Made by a program: the position numbers and the translations under genes. The notes under the pieces are model-generated. The model was not told the origin of the DNA. It worked only from the letters and a program-made list of their open reading frames with translations, and searched no databases. A stretch of 64,000 bases of DNA from Octopus bimaculoides (Eukaryota), in NCBI RefSeq assembly GCF_001194135.2, contig NC_068985.1, positions 48,406,055 to 48,470,054 on the forward strand. Direction: 5' to 3'. Position 1 is the first letter of the stretch, and each line of letters opens with the position of its first letter. Of this stretch, positions 1-12,549 are shown piece by piece.

Positions 1-652
1 GTATGTGAATGCTTTCATAATTTACTATGATATAGTGAGAATGAAGTATAAAACATGTTCCATGAAAAAGAAAAAAAAATTAAAATACTTGAATGAAAAC
101 ATAATAAAGAAACATTTTTTTAATAAGATCTAGGATCATGAATTAAAGTAAAATGAAATAGGATCCAACCGAGATAAGTGATTTCAAGAAACCGATTTTT
201 TTAAAAAGGATAAATAAATAAATCCACGAACACTAAAAACAAATCTAACACGCATAAAAATATCCAGAATTAACTTATCAGTATATTATACATAAGTAAG
301 AGACACCAAGATATTAAATGTTTTTGAATTTGGAGGAAAACCCAGGAAAATGTTTTCATGCTGCTCAAGTTTATTTTAATTTCGTTTGAAGATCGAAATG
401 AAATATAAACAAACATAATTCAATCGATACTATTTTCTTTTAAAGAAAACATGTTTATGTATAATCCAAAAGTGTAATAGAAGTTTTGTTATCTTTAGCT
501 GTATTAATGGAGTCGTTCATTTTTTGTCATCAACCTTACATTTTTCCTGTAGCACTAAGAAAAAATATAAGAACGGTATCACAAACTTGTTTTTACAACA
601 TAGCTTGACGATTTGTAGTCGTCATTTCTAACCACTACTTTTTCACTGTGTA

Positions 653-900
653 GTGAAGAAATCCTATAAGTGGTTATTCAGTCTGTTAGAAATAGCAGTT
701 AAACTTCCCTCATTGAAAAAAATTAGAACTTTGGATACTACAATATCATCCCTCGACCTGATCGAAAAAGCATCCAAATTACCCTCATACTGCATTCTGT
801 ATCAATACAGGATGGCGGCACTGAATAATGTAATCTTGGATGTAATGAATTAGACCAGAATGGCATGGGTGGTCATGGTTGGAACCATGTAATAATAGGT
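653..900 (+). mobile_element. Decayed 3' end of a CR1/L2-group LINE ORF2
   Basis: Translation LDLIEKASKLPSYCILYQYRMAALNNVILDVMN* resembles the LD..L..iPD.P...Y...RAA.sNSl.D C-terminus of these LINEs; recognised by eye only. Confidence 0.4.
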
Positions 901-1079
901 CTGCTCTATCAGAGCTGATCTGATCTGCAAGATATATTTTCAAAGAAAATCGTGTTTATTCCATATTTGTTGGTGGGATGGGAAATATGGTTAAAGCTAA
1001 AATGCATTTTAGCGTATGTCTCTATGACTAAAAATACCATACTGTTAAATAATGGCAGCAGTAACTATAACAGCTACCA

Positions 1080-1605
1080 TAGGAAGTGCGTTCGAAAAAT
1101 ACCCTACTTTATTTTTGCCGCCAAAATTATTACCGCGTCGGTTAAATCCTTTGTATGGAAGTTAACTTCACTATTCCTGCACATGCTTGAAATTTCGCGC
1201 AGGTAGGTTGCGCCAGTTCCTGACTGTTACACCTAGAGTACAGACGTATATTGCGTTCTCATCGCAATTTAGTTTTCACAGAACGCATCGCGTAAAGATA
1301 TTGCATCAAATTTTGCCACAAACTTGGTGATACTCAAGATCAAATCTTCCAGAAGATTCAGCAGGCCCTTGGCGATGATTTCCTGGGCAAAACAAAGATC
1401 AAGGAGTGGTACAGCCGCTTCAAAAATGATCGCACCTCAATGGGTATTGGCGAAATTCGCCCCAAAGGTGCTTGTGGAGCAGCAGAAGCATCTCCGCATG
1501 GAAATCACCCAGAACATGCAGGAATGTGCAAATTACCACCCAAAATCCATGAAGACGATCATCACTGGTGATGAGAGATATGTTTTTAAAGTTACGACCC
1601 GGAAA
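1080..1605 (+). mobile_element. Internally deleted mariner transposon remnant
   Basis: TIR-like aggaagtgcgttcgaaaaataccctact at ~1081. Frame from 1296 reads RYCIKFCHKLGDTQDQIFQKIQQALGDDFLGKTKIKEWYSRFKNDRTS (N-terminal HTH). A second frame reads AKFAPKVLVEQQKHLRMEITQNMQECANYHPKSMKTIITGDE (first catalytic Asp motif). Confidence 0.85.
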
Positions 1606-1649
1606 GTTCCAGTCACCACAATAGAAATAGATTTCTGAATTAATATAGT

Positions 1650-3000
1650 TCTTGTAGTTAGACGGATCTCAAAAAGGAAAGTGCCAAGTGTGTTGATGAC
1701 GGTGCTAGGTAACTTTAGTATAAACCCTTCAGAGTTTTCTTATTTCCCTAGCCAAATCCTACTATTTTCATATGTCCTTTGTCCGCTACGTTCATGTCCG
1801 CAGATATAGCCACATCGATGATGATGCACCCTTTTTCCCCCTTGTTCAGAACGATAATATCTCGTAGCCTTCTAAGGCAGCGAGCTGGCAGAATCGTTCG
1901 CATGGTAGTTCGTCTCTCGTTACGTTTTGAGTTCAAATCCCGCTGAGTCGACTTTGCCTTTCATCTTTTCAGGGCCGATAAATAAAGTACCAGTTACGTT
2001 CTGGAGTCTATCTAATCGACTGGCCCCCTCCCCCAAAAATTCGGGCCTTATGGCTAGAGTAGAAAAGAATATCTGGTAGTCTTCGATAAAGTTCGTGATT
2101 GGTTTGTAAATGAAAATCCCATAAGATTTTATACTGGCCGTTCTCTATTACACTTTCTGGTTGATGTTCATACCATTTTCTTCCTACTTTAAATCTCTTT
2201 GCCGTAATATGCCACAGCGCAGTGCCTTGGCCACAAAGTCCTGTCTGTGTTTATATTCCTTTTGTGCCAAAGGACTACAAGAACTATTATGTAAGTAACG
2301 GATTCCACTTTATCATTACACACACTACACTTTTCACTTGTCGTGGATTTGTCTATTTTTGCCTTAATGATATGTGTCCGCAATGACTGGATGTAAGCAG
2401 CGATTATCATTCTGATTCTTTGTTAAGGTCGACATTCTTCAGTCAAATCCAAGACTCATCTGCTGTGACGTTCTGCGTTTGTCTGAGATACAAACTGTGC
2501 AGTTCTTTTCCCCCAGATGCTTCTTTCTCGCTCCTGTTTTCTTCTTTTCTTGTATTCCATTGCAGTCTACACACCTTCGTTCTCATCTTCCAAGGCATCT
2601 GAAATAGAAATTTGTTAGTGGCTTCTCACATACTCTTTTACATCAGGTTTTGTCATCTTTACAGGTATTTTGTTTTACTTGATATCAGTCTCCTCCCCTC
2701 TTTCCTTGGTAGGTATCACCTATCGGCACTGTCTCTAGAATGTAGCGATCATCTGTACATGGATATTGTCTTTCTGGCTTTACAATCTATGTCTCTTAGT
2801 TCTTCTTAAGTCCATTTCAGGAAAGCAGCATACTATCGTATTAGAGAAACAGCATGTGTTTACAGGCGAGATGCTTTTCCTTCCATTTACTTTGAGCTTA
2901 GCACCCTTTTTTACTCTCCAAAGATATTTATTTTTAATTCTCTTTAATTTCCTGACAGAGGTTTCTATCTGCCACTGATACACATAGATACTTGTAACGG
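1650..3000 (-). mobile_element. R4/Dong-clade non-LTR retrotransposon fragment (RT C-terminus, CCHC knuckle, RLE endonuclease), interrupted by a SINE
   Basis: Minus-strand frames read KLKVNGRKSISPVNTC, IIAAYIQSLRTHIIKAKIDKSTTSEKCSVCNDKVESVTYI and RRLPDIIVLNKGEKGCIIIDVAISADMNVADK; multiple frameshifts and stops. Confidence 0.85.
1874..2071 (+). mobile_element. tRNA-derived SINE family A with target-site duplication
   Basis: A-box-like tggcagaatcg, B-box gagttcaaatcc, core gcctttcatcttttcagggccgataaataaagtacc. TSD aatatctcgtagccttc (1856-1872) vs aatatctggtagtcttc (2068-2084), 15/17 identical. Confidence 0.9.
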
Positions 3001-3103
3001 TCACTCTCATTTATTATTCTGGTTGATATCTCATCTAACTTGAATATTTTCGCTCCTTCTTACTAGCACCGCACATTTATCTATTTCAAGCTCCATGTCA
3101 ATG

Positions 3104-3300
3104 TATTATTATTATCAATCCACTTCTCAGTGCTTTTGATTTCCCTTGCTCCGGTTAACTGTGAGAGTGAACAGCTGTCTGTTATCAAAGGTCTTACATG
3201 GTCTCTTTTTCACGATATTTAATACCCAAGCATCAATCTCAAAATCCTCGTGGTTCCTAATAAAGCAGTTTTGAATATATTCTATCCGCGTGTTAATGCG
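3104..3300 (-). mobile_element. 5'-truncated R4/Dong LINE 3' end with (TAA)n tail
   Basis: Minus strand reads approximately RIEYIQ(K)TALLGTTRILRLMLGY* (one frameshift). The 3' UTR (gacctttgataacag...cacagttaaccggag) matches the copy at 15.7-15.9 kb. (TAA)n on both flanks. Confidence 0.75.
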
Positions 3301-3312
3301 ATTATTATTATT

Positions 3313-3399
3313 GAGTGAGAGAGCAGTGCATGCCATCAAAGTGAAACTGGGGTAAAATATACGAAGCCCAATATACCCATCATGACTACACGTCTGATA
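3313..3399 (-). mobile_element. 5'-truncated copy of non-coding retroposon family C
   Basis: gagtgagagagcagtgcatgccatcaaagtgaaactggggtaaaatatacg matches the start of 41783-42165; embedded in (ATT)n on both sides. Confidence 0.7.
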
Positions 3400-3439
3400 T
3401 TATTATTATTATTATTATTATTATTATCATTATTATCAT

Positions 3440-3496
<57 letters not shown>

Positions 3497-3520
3497 CACA
3501 ACTACTACTACTACTACTCA
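3397..3520. repeat. Compound (ATT)n-(ATC)-(ACT)n microsatellite
   Basis: Directly visible. Confidence 0.95.
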
Positions 3521-3735
3521 GGGGATGAGATGGCGGAATCGTTAGCACACAGAGCAAAATGCTTAGCGTTATTGCGTTAGCCCTTATGATCTTAGTTCGA
3601 ATACTGCCGAGGGTTCACTTTGACTTTCATCTTCTCGGGAATGAGAAAGCATATTGCCAGTCAAGTACAGGAGTAGATGTAATTGACTAACCATTTCTCC
3701 GTAAAAGTCGTGACCTTGTACGAAATGTTGGAACA
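3521..3735 (+). mobile_element. SINE family A, diverged copy
   Basis: gatggcggaatcgttagcac...aaaatgcttagcg...ttcactttgactttcatc; collinear with the other copies. Confidence 0.8.
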
Positions 3736-3741
3736 CTGAAA

Positions 3742-3960
3742 TGAAGCGAGCACCCAGAATAGTTAGTACGGTGGACAAAGTGCTTACGGTATTTCGTCCG
3801 TCTTTATGTCCTGAGTTGAAATTTCGCCAAGATCGACTTTGCCTTTCGACACCTCGGGTTCGATAAGATAAATATCAGTTGAGCACTGAGATCAATGAAA
3901 TCAACTAACCCACTTCCACTAAAATGTCAGGCCCTGTACCTATAATAGAAACAATTATTA
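3742..3960 (+). mobile_element. SINE family A, tandem second copy
   Basis: gcgagcacccagaatagttag...ggtatttcgtccgtctttatgtcctgagttgaaatttcgcc...tcaggccctgtacctataatagaaac, then attatta. Confidence 0.85.
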
Positions 3961-4124
3961 TCATCACCTTTCTATATATTGTGTAAAATATTGCGTCCTT
4001 ATTACTTGGACACTTTCCATCATTATCAAATAGATTACGTTCATATTTACCACACTCTTCTTTGCAGGCATACACACATAAGCACCAACAGACGTACACA
4101 CGGTAGCACACGCGCATGCTCACC

Positions 4125-4406
4125 CCTCTCTCTATTCCCCCCTCTTTCTCTCTCTCTCTCTCTCTTTATCTCTCTCTGTCCCTCACCTTCTCTATCCTTT
4201 TAAATTCCTACTAATATCTGTAATCGAAATTTTTTTTTAATATTCGCTTTTCTTCTTTACCATTATCCTTCCTTTTCTGCTAACTTTCCTTCGAGTTAAT
4301 GCTTGCAATTTTTTCTTAGTCGTTTTATCTTTTGTTGATTTATTTTGTCAAAATATTTCTAACTTTATATAAATATATGTGCATGAGTGCATAATTAATA
4401 AACTTG

Positions 4407-4446
<40 letters not shown>

Positions 4447-4564
4447 ATGTGTGCGTGCATACATACATATATATGTATATGTATGAGTGTATTATGTATA
4501 AGTATATGTATACAGAGTATTGTGCACACATGCGACGAAATGCATATACATATTGTATTAGATC

Positions 4565-4608
<44 letters not shown>

Positions 4609-4620
4609 TGTATGTATATA
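4125..4620. repeat. (CT)n, (AT)n, (GT)n and (GATA)n microsatellites
   Basis: Directly visible; source of several spurious ORFs. Confidence 0.9.
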
Positions 4621-5107
4621 TCAATATTCAGATGCACAAAAATTATTCACTATCTATCCTTCAATTTTCACTCTGATATGTTACGAAACCACCTGAGAGC
4701 AGTATTATTTCCAAGAGAGATTCTCATTTTATTAATTTTATCTTTCAATATTTTTAAGTAATATTTCGTTCGAATATGCAACCCTTAAGAAAATCCATTA
4801 CGATATGGTATCTAGTGCTATTATGGTGTCATACTTTATGGTTTGTGCTTTTTGTTCTTGTGTTCCTCTGTGCATATTTCGCCTTGGGTATTAATACGTT
4901 CATATATACATACACACACCCATACATACGTATATTCATTCATATATACATTTACTTACATACACACAAACAAAACACACGCACACCATTATAATTTTTT
5001 TAACCAGTTAATATTCACATTGTGTCTGTGAATGTTTATTTACTCACTCATCTTGTTTTCAAGAGAAATATTTTAATACGTGTACGATTAACAACTGCCA
5101 AAACAAT

Positions 5108-5126
5108 TTGAATAATAATAATAATA

Positions 5127-5190
<64 letters not shown>

Positions 5191-5203
5191 TAATAATAAT
5201 AAT
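5108..5203. repeat. (AAT)n microsatellite
   Basis: Directly visible. Confidence 0.95.
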
Positions 5204-5461
5204 GGGCACTCGGAGCACCAATAACTACGTTCGTGAAATATGTCGGCGAAATTCGAATGCACTTGCAAAGAAAAACTGCTATACAGGGAAGAGCCAGGAT
5301 TTTGAGATTGGTGCTTGAGTGTTGAGTGCCGTCCATGGTAGGTTAATATTCAGGTACCAAAGTTTATATTTTGTGAGAAAAGATCTTGTCAGACTTATGA
5401 AAGCAGTTGCTCTCATCTATCACAGAATCAACCAGAGCAAGTAAAACCGAGACCTAGAAAC
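5204..5461 (+). mobile_element. 5'-truncated R4/Dong LINE 3' end
   Basis: Reads ALGAPITTFVKYVGEIRMHLQRKTAIQGRARILRLVLEC*, matching the GALG...ARILRLVL C-terminus of the other copies. 5' junction lies in (TAA)n; followed by (GAA)n. Confidence 0.75.
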
Positions 5462-5712
5462 AGAAGAAGAAGAAGAAGAAGAAGAAGAAGAAGAAGAAGA
5501 AGAAGAAGAAGAAGAAGAAGAAGAAACCGAGACCTAGAAACAGAAGAAGAAGAAGAAGAAGAAGAAGAAGAAGAANNNNNNNNNNAAGAAGAAGAAGAAG
5601 AAGAAAAAGAAGAAGAAGAAGAAGAAGAAGAAGAAGAAGAAAAAAAAGAAGAAGAAGAAGAAGAAGAAGAAGAAGAAGAAGAAGAAGAAGAAGAAGAAGA
5701 AGAAGAAGAAGA
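5462..5712. repeat. (GAA)n microsatellite containing a 10-N gap
   Basis: Directly visible; gap at 5576-5585. Confidence 0.95.
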
Positions 5713-5744
5713 TTTAGTCAGTTGGCACGAGATGTGAACGCGAA

Positions 5745-6520
5745 GACAGATACAGAGAGCCTGTGGCTATGGATGAAGAGGAGTGATCTGAAGATATAGG
5801 CAGAAGCACTAAGAAGCGCAGCTCAGGAATAGCGATAAGGACCACCTTTATAAAGTGCAGAAACAACAACACCACCGATAGCGACAAATGCAGAATGTGA
5901 GTTGAGAGGAGAGAACGGCATGGCATATCGTTAGCCAATGCGCAAAATGGGCACAACACGAATACAAAAGACACCATGGCAATGTGGTAAGAATGATCCA
6001 TTAGGAGATCTGTGGAAATTACGATCTACAAAGAGCAAAGACGTGATATGAGAAAACTCCAGAAAAAGTCACTGAAAATGAGGATTGCAAAATCCTGTGG
6101 GATGCAATGATCCAGTGCGATCACCCGACCAGACATCGGAAACTGGACATTGTTGTGGCGAATAAATGAGAAAGAATATCCCCCGATAACAACAGGATCA
6201 ATGTGAAAGAAGAAGAAAAAATAAGCAATTATGACGATTTAAATTGAGAAATACGAAGGTTGTGGTTAATGAAGAGAGTAGATGTGATATCAATAGTAAT
6301 TGGAGCATTTGGAACGATCACCACTCAACTCCCAGCATGGCTGAAAATGATTGGTGCAAGCGTGAAGATAGAACACCTATAAAAATCAGCATTACATTGA
6401 TCTGCAAGACTTTTTGCAGGATTCTTGAAGCATGAACAGTAAACAAGAGCCATCTTAGTCTGTTGTCTGTGGACAGCTGACACTTTCCATCGTACCCAGC
6501 ATAATATGCTGTATGTTTTC

Positions 6521-6523
<3 letters not shown>
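5745..6523 (+). mobile_element. R4/Dong LINE 3' portion (CCHC knuckle + RLE + 3' UTR + TAA tail)
   Basis: Reads WLWMKRSDLK..EALRSAAQE.AIRT..SDKCRM..ETAWHIVSQCAKWAQHEYKRHHGNVVRMIH..KILWDAMIQCDHPTRHRKLDIVV..KEEEKISNYDDL..EIRRLW..IVIGAFG with many stops; ends in (TAA)n. Confidence 0.9.
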
Positions 6524-6573
<50 letters not shown>

Positions 6574-6705
6574 GAAGAAGAAGAAGAAGAAGAAGAAGAA
6601 GAACAAGAAGAAGAAGAACAAGAAGAAGAAGAAGAAGAAGAAGAAGAAGAAGAAGAAGAAGAAGAAGAAGAAGAAGAAGAAGAAGAAGAAGAAGAAGAAG
6701 AAGAA
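6524..6705. repeat. (AAT)n followed by (GAA)n
   Basis: Directly visible. Confidence 0.95.
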
Positions 6706-6885
6706 GCGGCTAAGTCGATTACGTCAATCCTAGTACTCGACCGCTACTTATTTTATTTATTGACACCGTGATGATGAAAGGTAAAGTCGACCTCGGCGGA
6801 ATTTGAACTCGGAACATAAAGACGGACGAATGACCGCTAAGGATTTTGCTTGGTGTGATTGTGATTCCGCCAGCTCACTGCCCTG
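6706..6885 (-). mobile_element. SINE family A
   Basis: Reverse-complement hallmarks aaaggtaaagtcgacctcggcggaatttgaactc and gattccgccagctcactgccct. Confidence 0.85.
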
Positions 6886-6899
6886 AAACAACAAGAAAA

Positions 6900-9800
6900 A
6901 AATGAGAAGGAAAAAGACAAAACAAACACATTTTCGCTGCAACACAACTGTCACCCTTATTCCCACCAACACTATAAACAAAGTATGAATATATAACTAA
7001 CACATCCAGTGTTGTCGGGTTCACCAGCGTTGCGAGTCTATTAAAACTAATTCACTTTTGCCTCAACGTTTAGTAAATGTAAAATTCATCTTTACGAGCT
7101 CTGAACGAAACATAGCTTCCTATATATCAGAATCCATCCGGCAAGAAACCAGTTTCAAAACTGTTGTTCATAGAATCATTGGAATAAAACCCTAGGAAAT
7201 AGAGCAAACGACACAGCAACAATTAGCACGACACAATGGAGAAAAATATGACGAGATAGCGGGATCTTGTGGTACTGTCATGAACTGTGTCGTGTCCTTA
7301 ATTTGTCTACAATACTAAGATTTATGAACTGGCCCTCAAACGAATCTACCCTATCTGCAAGGTAATTAAAATAAAGATAGTAGATGTACCACCATCAGTA
7401 AAGCTCTGCTGGTTGGTGGCACTTGTCCTTCTCGCCATAGTAAAAAAATTTGATATTCTCCAGGTCCAAAAACTGCAGAAACAAACGTAGTTGGGTAAAG
7501 TGATGGAAGCGTTGATCCAAACGAATCATGATGTGTGGAGCCTCTCCTCTGTCTGATCAACCTTCCAGACGTCTCACAATTGTACGCAAGGGAATAAAAA
7601 CAAAGAAGCCTTTGTGCCGTAATACAAACTGTCTGAAGGTTTTCTGTCCACAGCAAAAATAAGAGAGGAGGAAGACGCTCACTTCTATCGACACAATCAT
7701 CAGAGGAGCAACACTAACAGTAAAACAAGTAGAAGCATCAAGAGCATCAACAGTAACAATGACTGCAATTGCAAAATTAAAACAATCACCTTCAAAAGCA
7801 TCAATAACAACAACAGAAACAACACTAAAATGGAAACAACAATGAAATCAGAAATACCTCCCTAAAGAACCACCTTATCGTCAACAACAGCATACGAAAA
7901 GCAACCAAGCAAGAGCAGAACAAACAACATGCTCATTCCCAACCAAATCGTGCATTTCTCTGCTTGCAACCTGTTAGATATGGTGTGTGCAGAACATGAC
8001 TGTGAAGAGAGCAAATGGTAATAAATAACAATCAAAATAAAAAATCTCGGAAGTTCAAATGGGGAAGAACTATTTCCGAAAACGACATGCAAATGTTGTC
8101 TCCGACAACAACAATATAGCCAACACCATCTTCTATCACGGTCAATATAATCACCGCCACGACTGACAACTCGTATGAGAAACACTTGCAAAACTCAATC
8201 TGTACTCAAACTAAGAACAGCATCAAAGAAGTATTATGAACTATACTGCCATAAAAACAAATAACAAAGTCTCAATGAAACTAATATTTATAAGCACAAA
8301 GACATTACATAGGAAAATTTCCTCGCACAAACAAATAACACAGCACCATGCATAAACAAGCATTTCAAACAAGACAAAGCATATACATTATTAAAATACC
8401 TTACAAACTAAGGCACTTTAAATGAAAAATAAATAGAAGATCCCACAGAGAACTGCTTGGAGAAACATCAACTAAACAGAGAACGAAATAACAACACACT
8501 TCCATCCAAATGAGTAGGTCTTTCCTTTTGTTTTGTTTTTTACTTCTAGGCTTACTCGGAATAGGTGATGTGAAAGCACATGGTTTTGGGGCATCTTGCG
8601 AGCAGGGCTAACTGTTCAACGAAGTCAGGTCAATATAATAAAAAGGTAGTGGCTATCCGCAAGACTAGAAGCTGCGATCCAAGTGACTTCAAGTCCATTT
8701 CGATAATAAGAACAATATCTTACTTATTTCCGTTGTTGAGAAGAGAAACAGCTGTGCTTCAGGAAATTTCTGAGTTTCGCAATAAAACCACTTTCTTGGA
8801 ACCCAGTGCTACAGGTCGAAAACCACACCTTCAAACTAGTAGTTGCTCACGCCCCAGTATGGGTGTCTGAAGTGTTTCCTAGGAATGTTCCGCTCTTTCG
8901 TGCTGATGAGTGCTTTAATCAGCATCATAGATATACGCATGGAGAGCGTGGAGCTAGCCTCAAAAACGTGTACAAACGTTTTAAAGTCTGATAGATACCG
9001 ACAGAATTTTGTGAATGAACCAATATGGACATGGACAAACTGTATTATGTAATCCAGAGCAGAGCCACTCCAAATAGTCTGTCGACAACAATAAGGATTG
9101 CTTAGGTTGTTCACAATAATAGATTGTCGGCTATATAAACCACGAAGATAGACTTCGAAAGCAGAAACCCTATTACCGAATCCTCAACAAGTGGCTCCTG
9201 ACGAGACAAGCTTACACAAACCGGATTAGTGAATTAGTCACCCCTTTCAATTTTCTTCACCGCACAACGTCGTTCACTCGAGCCACGAGTTTGTTAAATA
9301 CATCATGCTCTTCTCAAACAAATGAAAGCGGTCGGAAACTCTTCTCTATAAGCTCGGTTGAATCGGTCTTACACAGTGAGTATTCACCATAATTCCACAA
9401 TTCATCAATACTCGAGCACTGGACGAGAGCGTACTGAACATCTTTATTGCTCTATGTGCATTTTGGGCAGGCATTGCTGACGGCACTTTCGTAGTTAGAG
9501 GTTATTTCGAACAGTCTAACCTCGAGAACAGACAACCCAATTGATTTTCATTTACGCTCTGAATCTCTCCGCGAACACCTTTGCTCTTGACTGATACAAA
9601 CCCTCTATAGAGCTCCACAGTAGCACGTCTACTGACTGCATTATTCGACTGGTATGGGAGGTCAGCGCTTGACATCACGGATGCAAAACGCACTGATTTG
9701 GTTTTTATCCAGCCCCGTAAAAGGCACCTTTGTCTTTGGCACATCAAAATTTTTCAAGTTTCACTTGAAAACAAAAGCGAAGGTGCAGAGGGGAGTGCTG

Positions 9801-10080
9801 CCACTCGACAATTTTTTCGAAGGTGGATGAGAGTGACGAACATGGTCCGTGTGATCGAGAATGCTCTGGTAATGTACCTTTAGATTAAAGGACAATGACA
9901 TGGAAAACGTCCTTAATGAATTGATGAGAGTGGCCATGGTTTTGTGGATTGTCACAAGTAATCTACAGAAGTATGGACCCATGCATACATGCATGTATGT
10001 CATATTGAAGACATTGCTTTCGGTGAGAGAACACAAGGAAAGCATTTGTCAAATTTTTATGAAACTTATGATCTGACGGT
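6900..10080 (+). mobile_element. Heavily decayed, internally deleted Tx1/L1-like non-LTR element
   Basis: APE-endonuclease-like motifs VVAIRKTRSCDPSDF, RETAVL and LQVENHTFKLVVAHAP at 8.6-8.9 kb. ORF2 C-terminus-like FFKFHLKTKAKVQRGVLP / RRWMRVTNMVRVIENALVMYL* ending at 9883. The A/C-rich 7.0-8.5 kb segment may be a decayed ORF1 (weaker evidence). Confidence 0.6.
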
Positions 10081-10228
10081 TCTATTCTTCTGAGATTGTA
10101 CGTTGAAGTACAATGCTTCATTCGTGAATGAATTTGCTGGGAGATTACGAAACTGTGTTTATTCAGTTAGAGATTGTTGAGATATTCAGTGTGCCGTTTG
10201 AGTTCCTTTCCCTCCACTTCCCTTCCAT

Positions 10229-10283
<55 letters not shown>
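10229..10283. repeat. (GTA)n microsatellite
   Basis: Directly visible. Confidence 0.95.
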
Positions 10284-11684
10284 AAGTTAACGGCAAATAA
10301 AATCTTATAGTTTGAGACAATTGTATCTCCAGTCATTTCACATCACTTCGTTTGCTCCTCACTCTGGAATTTACCTTTTCTGGGGAAGGAGGTATTTCTT
10401 TTTACTTTTTTTTTTCTACAGCAGGTGCTGTTTCTACACATAATTCTTTCTCTACCATTCGCTGGATTTTTTTTCTAATTTAGAAAAAGTATCCAATGGA
10501 GAAAATTTTGAAACTTTACCAAGATTCGTTAACTTGCTCTAAGCAATAGCTGTGTATGTTTGTATGAACGTTTGTATGAATGTGAATTCAAATATGCGTG
10601 TGTATGTGTGTGAGTGAGTGTGTGAGAGAGAGAGTGTAAGTGTGTGTGAGTGTGTGTGTATGTATGAACGTGTTACTCTTTTTGTGATTGTGTGCTTATT
10701 TTTCTCTTATTTTGTTGTTGCTATAGTTCTGAATTTGTAGCTATTGACGGTGTTATGGCCGTTTGTTTCTAAATTTGTAGTCATCATTAACAGTTCTGTT
10801 ATTCTTGCTGTCCTCGTGCTTCATTTCTTTTGTTTCTTTCTTTTCCTTTCCAATTTTATTCCCGTTCCTGCTAATTTTCATCCCTTCATGTAGTTTTAAG
10901 AATTTTTCTCTTCAAACGTCTGCAACAGCAATCTGCATTAAATGGTTAGAAAACAGAATACCATTTGTTCTACTTCTACTGATACAACTTATTTTTTTTT
11001 AAAAACTGATTCCCTTCAAATGCTTTCAAAAAAAAAAAGAATGAACTGTGTTTACATAGAAAATTTTGATTCAGGCTGTTTCTTGTTTGCATTTTCCCTT
11101 TCCACAATTCGCCCTAAAATTCCATGTGGGGTGAAATATTTCACAAAAGACTGCCATATTCATTAGCATTGATGATTCTTAAGATTTCTAAGTTGAAATT
11201 TTACTCTGCATACAGACATAAAACATGACGCATATAATGTACACTCATATTCAAAAATGTACAGAAATGCCTTTTAAACATACACACATATACAAAAACA
11301 TGCACATGTGTACACAATCACTCGTTATTCGTCTCGTTCTTTCTTTTTCTCTCCGCATATTCTGTTTCTCCATATTTGTTTTACTCTCATTCTCACTAAT
11401 TATCTTTNNNNNNNNNNATATATATATATATATATATATATAAACACAAGCATTCACACATACACAAACATACACACATATACAAAAACATGCACATGTG
11501 TACACAATCACTCGTTATTCGTCTCGTTCTTTCTTTTTCTCTCCGCATATTCTGTTTCTCCATATTTGTTTTACTCTCATTCTCACTAATTATCTTTCTG
11601 TAGCACCATCTTTTAACGTCCTTCATTATTATACATCCTTTGGCTAGTTTATTCACAACTGCTATCAGTGTTTTAACTTGCTAT

Positions 11685-12019
11685 TCATCTAAACGTCTCT
11701 AATATGTTGCCATATCCACCTCTTCTTTCTCTGTCTCCCTTCTCTTCTTTTTCCTTATTTGCATTTTTTTTTTTGTTTGATTTTCCCTTATATTTCTCAG
11801 CCATTCGTTCTGTTGCTTGCCAACCAATTCTTGCCTTTCTATTTTCCTTTAAGTTCTCCCGCAGAACAAATGTAATTGCAGATTCTAATGTTTCGTATTT
11901 TGGTTGTTGTTGAAATTTAAAATTCATTATGGAATTCTGAATAGTATTGCTGAAGGGAATATTTGAATATAAAACTGACGCCACAGCCCGTTGTAGCCAG
12001 TATAAATCAAATATTCCCA
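11685..12019 (-). CDS. Candidate terminal coding exon of the minus-strand gene (unknown product)
   Basis: Acceptor ttttatttcgctatgagatttag|TG, phase 1. 110 open codons (GIFDLYWLQRAVASVLYSNIPF...ETFR*). AATAAA about 32 nt past the stop (11648-11653). Phase-compatible with exon 12946-13046. The C-terminal half is low complexity. Confidence 0.35.
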
Positions 12020-12463
12020 CTAAATCTCATAGCGAAATAAAATGCCATATTTTGACTTGTGGGTGTATAATATATTATGTGTGCTGTCATATGATTATGG
12101 CAACAAAACATGCTTCACACGTGCAGAAATTTATTTACGTGACATATGCGCCCTATATATACAATCATATATACCTGATGGTGTATATGATTGCGTATAT
12201 TTGCATTCAAAACATACTTAATCCGTTGCAGTCTTCGGAGGTGGTAAACAAGAGCCGTGTCCTAAAAGTATGACACATTTTGGTGCTCTTCAGAAATACT
12301 GTAAGAAACAAGTCGCTCCCTTTTTAGGAGCTTGTGGGCTTAACCAAGTGAGGAGATGGTATTCCCGGTAAGGCTCCTAATGAGTGGCCGGCTAGAGCGG
12401 AGGAAGCTGATCAGCTCAACGGCCAAATGTTCGGGGTCAAAGCCTTCTCAGTTAGAGACAGAG

Positions 12464-12549
12464 GAAGGAAGGAAGGAAGGAAGGAAGGAAGGAAGGAAGG
12501 AAGGAAGGAAGGAAGGAAGGAAGGAAGGAAGGAAGGAAGGAAGGAAGGC
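12464..12549. repeat. Perfect (GGAA)n tetranucleotide repeat
   Basis: Directly visible. Confidence 0.97.

Noticed and set aside
5445-5550. Duplicated aaaccgagacctagaaacagaag inside (GAA)n
   Set aside because: Adjacent to a 10-N gap within a microsatellite; slippage or misassembly.
11276-11597. Identical 132-bp direct repeat (11276-11407 and 11466-11597)
   Set aside because: Flanks a 10-N gap with no mismatches seen; most likely unmerged overlapping contig ends.
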